IMG/VR virus record: IMGVR_UViG_2684622552_000007
Span: 1-35,384 of that record
Direction: 5' to 3' (one strand)
DNA: 35,384 bases
From: a virus
Lineage: Duplodnaviria > Heunggongvirae > Uroviricota > Caudoviricetes
The position numbers were made by a program, and so were the translations under genes. This document shows, one piece after another, positions 28,091-35,384 of the stretch. Under the pieces are notes generated by a model, which saw nothing but the letters and a program-made list of their open reading frames with translations, was not told where the DNA came from and did not search any database. Numbering within the stretch: the first letter of the stretch is position 1; each line of letters begins with the position of its first letter.

Positions 28091-29485
28091 TTGGCTACAT
28101 GGCAACAGGCTGGTAATTCAGGCGCGCTTCTTGCCGGGTTAGGCGGCCTGAACTCCAACGCTCCAAGAGCAAGTGATGCAGACGCCACGCTTGCATACAT
28201 TCGACAGAATAACGAGATGGAGCGTTCAGGACGTAATAACGTTGGTTTGCAGGCTTTGCAGGGCATTTCATCTGTCATGGATATGTATAAGCAGATGGAT
28301 CAGCAGAAGCGACAGCAAGAGTTTCAGCAGGCTTATGCTGATGCATATACATCTGGTGACCGCGATGCAATGCGAAAACTGGCATCACAGTATCCTGAGC
28401 AGTTTGACGCTGTAAGAAACGGCATGAAATTTGTCGATGAAGACCAGCGTTCCACTGTCGGTACACTGGCAGCAAGTGCCAGACTCGCAGCTTCATCTCC
28501 AGAAGCCATGATGTCATGGTTGCAGAACAACTCATCTGAGCTTACTCGTGCCGGAGTAGACCCTCTGGATGTGGCTAAAATGTATCAGCAAAATCCACAA
28601 GGTTTCACAGAGTTTGTTGATCACCTTGGAATGGCTGCACTTGGTCCAGAACAATATTTTCAGGCACAAGACAGAATCGTTGGTCGTGAGATTGACCGCG
28701 GAAAACTTGCAGAGACAATCCGCAGCAATCAGGCTGGCGAGGCGCTAACAGCACGAGGTCAGAACATCACGATGCGCGGTCAGGACTTATCTGCTTCTAC
28801 TGCGCGACGAGGTCAGGATTTGGCAATGCAGCGAGCGTCAACAAGAGGAATCGCTGGGAATGATGAGCGTACAGTTCAGTTATCAGATGGCAGAACTGTA
28901 ACGGTAGGCGGGAAGCTTCACGGTGCTGGGGCTAATGCGTTCTACGAAGGCATCGACAACGAGGGGAATATGGTTCGCGTTCCTGCCAGTTCAATCGCAG
29001 CGCCTGCAACATCGTCTGCATCAGCACAAAACTATGCCATGAAGAAGGATATCGACGCGATCGCAAATGCAGACGCTCCTGCTCTCGATTTCATGACAGG
29101 AATGACCGGCGGTGCAGGTAACCCGGCAATTGGTGCCGATGTTCGCAGCCGATTAACGGGAAAAGAGCAGCGCCAGTTATATAACTCAGCACAACGTATT
29201 CAGGGCAGAATGCAGAATCAGGGTGTGGCGGCAGCAAGGGACATGGGGGCCAGTGGTATTAACACCGTTGCAGAAGCGAAGATGTATTTTCAGGGGATGC
29301 CGCAGGTTGACTATTCAAGCCCGGAGGCTATGCAGCAGTCGATTCGTGAGATTCAGGAATACACCAACAATTACAACCAACAATATAACGTTAATGTTGG
29401 TAAATCTCAGCGGCAGCAATCTCAACCTGCACAGGTATCACAGCCAGCAGCCAGCAGTAACTTTTCTTCACTATGGGGTGATTAA
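28091..29485 (+). CDS. Ejection protein, P22 gp20 position (TTG start)
   Basis: Synteny; 464 aa; start codon TTG at 28091 with GGAGG SD upstream; no in-frame ATG alternative nearby. Confidence 0.65.
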   Translation: MATWQQAGNSGALLAGLGGLNSNAPRASDADATLAYIRQNNEMERSGRNNVGLQALQGISSVMDMYKQMDQQKRQQEFQQAYADAYTSGDRDAMRKLASQYPEQFDAVRNGMKFVDEDQRSTVGTLAASARLAASSPEAMMSWLQNNSSELTRAGVDPLDVAKMYQQNPQGFTEFVDHLGMAALGPEQYFQAQDRIVGREIDRGKLAETIRSNQAGEALTARGQNITMRGQDLSASTARRGQDLAMQRASTRGIAGNDERTVQLSDGRTVTVGGKLHGAGANAFYEGIDNEGNMVRVPASSIAAPATSSASAQNYAMKKDIDAIANADAPALDFMTGMTGGAGNPAIGADVRSRLTGKEQRQLYNSAQRIQGRMQNQGVAAARDMGASGINTVAEAKMYFQGMPQVDYSSPEAMQQSIREIQEYTNNYNQQYNVNVGKSQRQQSQPAQVSQPAASSNFSSLWGD

Positions 29486-31482
29486 TGGCTAAAGCATGGA
29501 AAGATGTTATCGCCTCTCCACAGTATCAGGTGTTAGCACCAGAACAAAAAGCGCAGGCTCAGGAGCAATACTTTAATGAAGTCGTGGCCCCGCAAGCCGG
29601 AGAAAATGCAGAGCAGGCTAAGCAAGCTTTCTATGCAGCCTATCCATTGCCATCTGTGCAGCCAGTGGAGACACAACAACCAGTAGCACAGCAACAACCA
29701 CAGCAAAGTGGATTTATGTCTGATCTTGGCGAAGCAGTAAAAGAGACTGGTCGCGGACTGGTGCAGGCTGGCGTGAACGTGGCAAATATACCTGCATCAG
29801 TTGCCGATGCTGTAACAAGCGCGGCGGCTTGGGCTGGCGGTAAACTCGGCATTGGCGATGGTACATATCAACCAGCGCCACGAGTAACAACGCAGGGATT
29901 AGAGCAGGACTTTGGCCTTCAGCAAGGTGCGCTGACTCCACAAACGACAGAGGGCAGGGTATTTGCTGAAGCATTGCCTTATCTCACTCCTGCTGGCGTT
30001 GAGAGAGTGGCAACACAGGCACCAACACTTGCTGGTCGAATTGCTCAGGGGGCAACTCGCCTTCTCGCAGAAAACGCAGTTGGATCACTTGCTGCAAATA
30101 GTGCGAAAGATGATGCGGAAGCACTCGCCACCGATTTAGGCGTTGGCGTTCTGTCTGGCGGTGCTATTAACGTTGCCGGACGTGGATTAGGTGCTGCTTA
30201 TCGTGGTGTTCGTGGTGCTATCGCGCCAGAAGCGCAGCAGGCTATCAGATTTGCAGAGCGTGAAGGAGTTCCTCTGCACACCACAGACCTGTTACAGCCT
30301 ACTTCCCGCGTCGGGAAAATGGCGCAGACGACAGCGGAAAATATCCCCCTGGCTGGCACAAGCGGAATGAGAGCAACGCAACAGGAAGCGAGAAGCCAGT
30401 TGGTGCAGAGATTTGCTGATAAATTCGGTGAGTATGATCCAGCGGTTGTTATTGACAGCCTTAAAGCGAAAACATCAGGAATTCGTCGTGCAGCCGGTAA
30501 TCGACTGGAGCAGGTTCAGAATGCTATGGCTGGAGTAAACATTCAGCCTGCGCGAGCAATTCAGCAGATTGATACAGAAATATCTAACCTGCAGAAGCTT
30601 GGTAAGGTTGCTGATAGCGAGACTATTTCAAAACTTCAGTCCTATCGTGATGAGCTTGTTCGCAATGCTGGTCCTGATGGTCCGTTAAATCTGGATTTGA
30701 AGCAATTAAGCGATCTGCGCAGCCAGTTCAGAATGGACGTGAAGGGTGAGCGACCAGTGTTACCAAACCGTTCCGATGCTGCCATTCAGCGCGTTTACAA
30801 GGCAATGACCGACGATATCAATGGTGCCATTGGTCAGAATCTTGGCAACGATACTCTCCGTAAATATCAGCAGGCCAATGCCGTCTACGCTGACGAAGCG
30901 GCGAAACTAAAGAATACCAGGCTGAAGAATGTTCTCATGAAAGGAGACCTGACGCCGGAAGTTGTCAACAACATGCTATTCAGCAAGAACAAATCGGAAA
31001 TTAAGACGCTGTATAACTCAGTTGGTCGTGTAGGCAGGGCGCAAATGCGCAATGGCATCATTGGAAAGGCGATGGAGAAATCAGGTGGTTCCCCTGACCA
31101 GTTCCTTCGACAGCTTAACATCCTACAAAACCAGACTGGCATCACATTTAAAGGTCAGGATGCTGCTTATCTGAAAGGATTGAAAAACTACCTGCAATCC
31201 ACGCAACAGGCTGCAAAAGCGGCAGTAACAACACCAACAGGGCAGCAAACCATCCCGTTCATTATCGGATATGGGACGGCAATGAACCCGGCGACAACTG
31301 GCGCAGCAGTAAGCTACGGACTTCTTACTCGCGCCTATGAGAGCGAGCCATTCAGAAATGCAATGCTCCGAATGGCAAACACCCCACGCGGATCAACAGC
31401 GTTTGAGAAAGCCATGCAGCAGGCGCAAAAGGCCATTAACGCACTGACCCAAGGCGCTAAGTCTGATGCGTTGTCAGAATAG
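29485..31482 (+). CDS. Ejection protein, P22 gp16 position (665 aa)
   Basis: Synteny; TAATG coupling with the preceding gene; large Ala/Gln-rich protein. Confidence 0.6.
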   Translation: MAKAWKDVIASPQYQVLAPEQKAQAQEQYFNEVVAPQAGENAEQAKQAFYAAYPLPSVQPVETQQPVAQQQPQQSGFMSDLGEAVKETGRGLVQAGVNVANIPASVADAVTSAAAWAGGKLGIGDGTYQPAPRVTTQGLEQDFGLQQGALTPQTTEGRVFAEALPYLTPAGVERVATQAPTLAGRIAQGATRLLAENAVGSLAANSAKDDAEALATDLGVGVLSGGAINVAGRGLGAAYRGVRGAIAPEAQQAIRFAEREGVPLHTTDLLQPTSRVGKMAQTTAENIPLAGTSGMRATQQEARSQLVQRFADKFGEYDPAVVIDSLKAKTSGIRRAAGNRLEQVQNAMAGVNIQPARAIQQIDTEISNLQKLGKVADSETISKLQSYRDELVRNAGPDGPLNLDLKQLSDLRSQFRMDVKGERPVLPNRSDAAIQRVYKAMTDDINGAIGQNLGNDTLRKYQQANAVYADEAAKLKNTRLKNVLMKGDLTPEVVNNMLFSKNKSEIKTLYNSVGRVGRAQMRNGIIGKAMEKSGGSPDQFLRQLNILQNQTGITFKGQDAAYLKGLKNYLQSTQQAAKAAVTTPTGQQTIPFIIGYGTAMNPATTGAAVSYGLLTRAYESEPFRNAMLRMANTPRGSTAFEKAMQQAQKAINALTQGAKSDALSE

Positions 31483-31647
31483 TTTCGCAAACACCAGGAA
31501 CGTGCAAAAACCAAATATGTAGAACGCAATATTCAACAGATCTCTTTGCATAGACTCATCTCATAATTAACAGATCATAACTGACATTAGTGCAATGCCG
31601 GGCAAGTTGCATCTTGTTCCGCATTGCTACGTCCGGAGCAAATTAAA

Positions 31648-34065
31648 ATGACAGACATTACAGCTAATGTGATCGTATCAATGCCTTCGCAACTCTTCAC
31701 TATGGCTCGTTCTTTTAAAGCGGTTGCCAATGGCAAAATTTATATCGGTAAAATTGACACTGACCCGGTAAATCCTGAAAACCAGATTCAGGTTTATGTG
31801 GAGAACGAAGATGGCTCTCACGTTCCTGTTTCGCAACCAATCATCATTAACGCTGCTGGATATCCTGTATATAACGGGCAGATTGCCAAGTTCGTAACTG
31901 TGCAAGGCCATTCTATGGCTGTTTATGATGCGTACGGGGCACAGCAGTTCTATTATCCTAATGTACTGAAATACGATCCTGACCAGTTGCGCATTGAATT
32001 AGCTAATGGCAATGGTTCTCTTGTAAACACCCGATATGGAACACTTGATGAATATGTAGAGAAGACACCAAGTATTCTGGCTACAAAATATATGACAGAA
32101 GCTGAACTATTATCTGTTTTGAATCGTGACAGAAGTGTTTTTGTTGATCAGGCTCTTCAGTTAGCCGCTAATGAGGCAGCAGAAAAAGGTTGTGGTGTAT
32201 TCTGTCCTCCTGGTGATTATGTTGTCGATAAGAAAGTAAATCTATGGACTGGAATAACATCATTCTGGGGGGATGGTGGGGCAACGATTGTAAGAAGTCA
32301 GCGATCATATTTCATGTCCGGTTCGACTACGGATATTGATCCTACTCAGGACCGTTCAAATATGTTGCTGGTTGCCTCAGGGGCTAGCGGTAACATTTCT
32401 ATCCATGGTTTACGTTTTGATGGAAATGCAAGGAATATGGAGGTTGGTACTTCGGGTTCGGGAACATCAATCCCCGACCAGACACGATACATAGACGTAT
32501 GTCCGACAAACGCTGAACCCTATGACAACACCCCAGATGGAGTTAAAACACCAGTACCTAATGTTTCTTGGTCTGATCACAGGTATTCAAAAGGTGGTAT
32601 TAACATTTTTGACTGTGTTTTCTACGATTCACCGGGGTCATGTATCGGTGGCAACATGCGTAATATTCGCATCCATGGTAATTCAATGGACGGATGGTAT
32701 GATCACGCCGTGTACACTGCAGGAGCTACTTGGGATACAAACGGTCAGGGAGCTTTGGTTGAAGATATCGCTGTAATTGGTAACTCGATGAAGAATAGAG
32801 TGAATACCAGAGGTAATGGATGTATAAAAGGTCGCTGTGGATTTACACGTTTATCAATTATAGGTAACAATATTGACGTTTTAGATAACGCAATTGTTCT
32901 TGATATGCCAGGATCAAACGGAAATATTCCTTGGGGGCAGATTACTGTCTCTGGAAATAATATACAAACTCAAGGTGTTGGCATTCATATTGTACCTGGT
33001 ACATCAACAACTCCTTGGATAGATACAGGGTGGATGCGATCTCTTGTTGCTTCTGGTAACACCATCAGAGCTTATGATCGCATTATGTTAATTGGGACTC
33101 CTGGTGTTGTTATTGAGTCTGCTATTATATCACTTAATAATAACACTATGATAGCACCATTGTTCATGACCAATTACGCGCAAATGAGCAATTGTGAATT
33201 TAAGATAATTGGCGGGGTAATTGCCACTACTGGAACAACATTCATGTTTGCTCAAGATTCATCAAACATATCATCAAACAGTGGCATTGAATTCAATGGT
33301 GCAACACTTAGATCTGACTCAACATCATCAGTTGGTTTTGCCGCTGTTGGAAATTTTAATAGAATAAAAATATCTAATTGCAATATTTCAAATATCAACT
33401 TTGCAACAGGATCGGCAGCAACAGAGCTAAGAGTAATAGATAACAAAGTTTCTTATTACTCAGGTTTTTCCTTAATGCCATTCATTGATGTTATGACATC
33501 CACTAATGTCGGTTTAATGAATTTTATTTCATTAACAGGAAATGAGTTCACAAATGGACCATCTTTAATCAGGATTAAGTGCTCATCAAATTGCCTTGCT
33601 TCTTTTATAGAAAACAAGTTCTATAATTGTGGCACTCGAGTTGTTAAATTCCATCCTGCAGGATATACACCAAGGTCCCTTATTGTAAGAGGCAACATCC
33701 AGATAGGCGGTTTTTTGTTTGATCAATTACAAACGGGGGTATCAAAAGCAACAGGAACTAGTTATGCAGAATTTTCTAGAAACTATATATCATCATCTAC
33801 CCCTGGAACGGCAGGAAATGCAACAATGCTGATAGATGATGGAGCAACTCCATGGCTTTCACAGTATGAGAATATCAGAATTGCTGACAACATGTTTAAG
33901 GATGCAATTAACGTCATTCAGTGCTCTGGATCTGCAGTGTCAGGGATAGCGTCACAGAACAAATTGTGGTTCGGGGATAACTCGACAACAAATTCGACTG
34001 CTACATGCCAGTACCCAGCAGCAAATAAGGCGAATACAGACATGCCGCAAAACATTACATTGTAA
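31648..34065 (+). CDS. Tailspike protein: P22-type N-terminal head-binding domain plus divergent AT-rich beta-helix receptor-binding domain (805 aa)
   Basis: From ATG 31648: [59 protein letters not shown] matches the P22 gp9 head-binding domain (recall); downstream repeats of the IGN.I / SGN.I type indicate a parallel beta-helix. The track start at 31624 is a non-ATG extension. Confidence 0.85.
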   Translation: MTDITANVIVSMPSQLFTMARSFKAVANGKIYIGKIDTDPVNPENQIQVYVENEDGSHVPVSQPIIINAAGYPVYNGQIAKFVTVQGHSMAVYDAYGAQQFYYPNVLKYDPDQLRIELANGNGSLVNTRYGTLDEYVEKTPSILATKYMTEAELLSVLNRDRSVFVDQALQLAANEAAEKGCGVFCPPGDYVVDKKVNLWTGITSFWGDGGATIVRSQRSYFMSGSTTDIDPTQDRSNMLLVASGASGNISIHGLRFDGNARNMEVGTSGSGTSIPDQTRYIDVCPTNAEPYDNTPDGVKTPVPNVSWSDHRYSKGGINIFDCVFYDSPGSCIGGNMRNIRIHGNSMDGWYDHAVYTAGATWDTNGQGALVEDIAVIGNSMKNRVNTRGNGCIKGRCGFTRLSIIGNNIDVLDNAIVLDMPGSNGNIPWGQITVSGNNIQTQGVGIHIVPGTSTTPWIDTGWMRSLVASGNTIRAYDRIMLIGTPGVVIESAIISLNNNTMIAPLFMTNYAQMSNCEFKIIGGVIATTGTTFMFAQDSSNISSNSGIEFNGATLRSDSTSSVGFAAVGNFNRIKISNCNISNINFATGSAATELRVIDNKVSYYSGFSLMPFIDVMTSTNVGLMNFISLTGNEFTNGPSLIRIKCSSNCLASFIENKFYNCGTRVVKFHPAGYTPRSLIVRGNIQIGGFLFDQLQTGVSKATGTSYAEFSRNYISSSTPGTAGNATMLIDDGATPWLSQYENIRIADNMFKDAINVIQCSGSAVSGIASQNKLWFGDNSTTNSTATCQYPAANKANTDMPQNITL

Positions 34066-34100
34066 ATATCTAGAGCGCATTATTAGACTTTAATTGTAAT

Positions 34101-34129
34101 AAGCAACCTCCTAACAGAGGAGGTTGCTT
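34101..34129. terminator. Bidirectional intrinsic terminator between the convergent tailspike and glycosyltransferase genes
   Basis: AAGCAACCTCC-loop-GGAGGTTGCTT perfect hairpin with A/T-rich flanks on both strands. Confidence 0.7.
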
Positions 34130-34133
34130 ATTA

Positions 34134-35384
34134 TTACTGCTGAGAAACTCTAATGTATAAATCTTCGTATTGTTTAGCTACAATAGAGAAATCCCATAAA
34201 GTGGTTGCTTTTCCCCGGCCCATTGCACCCATTTCAGCATTTAATGACTCATCATCTAATAACAATTTTATACCTGCAGCCATATCTTCATGGTCAAATG
34301 CCTTCGCAAGATATCCATCTTGCATATGACTTACAACATCTGTTAGCCCTGTGCAGTCAAATGTAACAACAGGTGTCCCACAAGATAGTGATTCTGAAGC
34401 TGTTTGTCCAAAAGCCTCTTGTCGAGATGGGACAACCATCACATCTGCTGAGTTATAGATCAGTGATAGTGTCACATCATCACTGACATGCCCAAGCCAT
34501 TTTACTTTAAATGGTATATCTGTTTTCTCTTTTGGCTCACTTTGACCAAAAACAACGCAAATTATTTCATCAGTTGATACTTGATGTGATAATGAATTTA
34601 TCGCTTTGATTAGCAAATCATATCCTTTTCTTTGATCTTTGGTTCCACCAATTGCCCCGAAAAGAATAATTTTCTTATCCGCTGGGATTCCAAGAATTGA
34701 ACGAGATAAATTTTTATCTATAGGCTTATATATAGATGTATCGATTGCATTTGGTATGATTGTTATATCGCTATGCCTGAACAGCTTGCTTCTTTTTGCG
34801 CAGTTAGCCAGCCATTTGCTAGGTGATACGATATGCATTCTAGTATTCCAGGCAATCCCCTTTCTCAAATATGCAATTTTGTCAGTATCAATCCCTGATT
34901 CACCTTGTGGTCTATTTTGTGATGTATATCCTACAGCCCATCTAGCATGGGTTTCATCAGGAGCATAATGCTCACTTCCGCAGAAAGGCCACATGTCGTG
35001 TAATGTCCAAATAATTGGTTTTCTAATTTTACCAATATCATTAAAAGATATTGTTTCTCCTGAAACCCAATGTAGGTTAACTACTGTGGCATCACTGTTG
35101 TTAATTTCTTTGCTCCACATCGAAGGGAGCCAATTTCCAGAATGAAAATTGAAGTTGTCTGTTTTTTGCAGCCTATCGATTAATTGTCCTAACCTTGGTC
35201 TTATAGCATTTATTAATTTTTCTGTTTTACTGGTGGCACCAATAACTGTGTGATCATCAGAATACTTGTTTCTGACACGCATTTTTGATTCCACTCCGGC
35301 TAAGCGCAAGGCACGGTGTAGCCTATAAGTTGCACGAGCCGCGCCACCTACAATATCATTCTGAGCAATAATCAAAGGCTTCAT
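34134..35384 (-). CDS. Family GT4 (group 1) glycosyltransferase, 416 aa; start codon is the last 3 nt of the window
   Basis: C-terminal GT-B motif PSRQEAFGQTASESLSCGTPVVTFD (E-x7-E type); AT-rich; no obvious TM segments. The N-terminus could extend beyond the window. Confidence 0.8.
   Translation of the reverse strand: MKPLIIAQNDIVGGAARATYRLHRALRLAGVESKMRVRNKYSDDHTVIGATSKTEKLINAIRPRLGQLIDRLQKTDNFNFHSGNWLPSMWSKEINNSDATVVNLHWVSGETISFNDIGKIRKPIIWTLHDMWPFCGSEHYAPDETHARWAVGYTSQNRPQGESGIDTDKIAYLRKGIAWNTRMHIVSPSKWLANCAKRSKLFRHSDITIIPNAIDTSIYKPIDKNLSRSILGIPADKKIILFGAIGGTKDQRKGYDLLIKAINSLSHQVSTDEIICVVFGQSEPKEKTDIPFKVKWLGHVSDDVTLSLIYNSADVMVVPSRQEAFGQTASESLSCGTPVVTFDCTGLTDVVSHMQDGYLAKAFDHEDMAAGIKLLLDDESLNAEMGAMGRGKATTLWDFSIVAKQYEDLYIRVSQQ

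Noticed and set aside
31624-31647. Upstream extension of the tailspike ORF (MLRPEQIK...)
   Set aside because: Non-ATG start; the ATG at 31648 gives the canonical MTDITANV tailspike N-terminus with a GGAG upstream.
34134-35384. Possibility that the glycosyltransferase is truncated at the window edge
   Set aside because: The ORF begins with ATG exactly at 35382-35384, so it may be complete, but an upstream in-frame extension cannot be excluded; not called a pseudogene.

Overview
This window is most of a mosaic lambdoid prophage with P22/Sf6-like morphogenesis genes, carrying two IS elements, probably in an E. coli/Shigella-type host. All calls rest on reading the six-frame translations and DNA by eye and on recall of phage protein families; no database search was run. 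Layout: (1) 1-108 is the 3' end of an IS3-family transposase cut by the window edge. (2) 153-7493 is a leftward early operon on the minus strand: N-like antiterminator, small ORFs, Ral-like, a two-helix membrane protein in the sieB position, a cIII-like gene disrupted by an intact IS911-like element (4624-5872, 3-bp GCT target duplication), Kil-like, RecT-like recombinase, Gp157-like, Ead/Ea22-like and unassigned distal ORFs. (3) 7600-9136 is a P22-type immunity region (OL/pL, c2, OR, cro, c1) with phage-21-like nut sites. (4) 9317-11511 holds the replication initiator and DnaB-like helicase. (5) 11585-14611 is a nin region (NinB, Dam-like methyltransferase, NinE, NinF, YbcO-like, RusA, NinH, Q). 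(6) 14654-16497 is a lambda-type late promoter/6S RNA/terminator and lysis cassette (S, R, Rz with embedded Rz1). (7) 16700-34065 is Rha, terminase, portal, scaffold, coat, head-completion, tail needle, ejection proteins and an 805-aa tailspike. (8) 34134-35384 is a convergent AT-rich GT4 glycosyltransferase starting at the window edge. No CRISPR array, tRNA or rRNA was seen, and int/xis/att are not in the window. I could not identify an unambiguous new multi-gene system. The best candidates for follow-up are the AT-rich tailspike receptor-domain plus glycosyltransferase module, the sieB-position membrane gene, and the distal early-left cassette (Ead-like protein with a P-loop motif plus two unassigned ORFs) next to the IS fragment.
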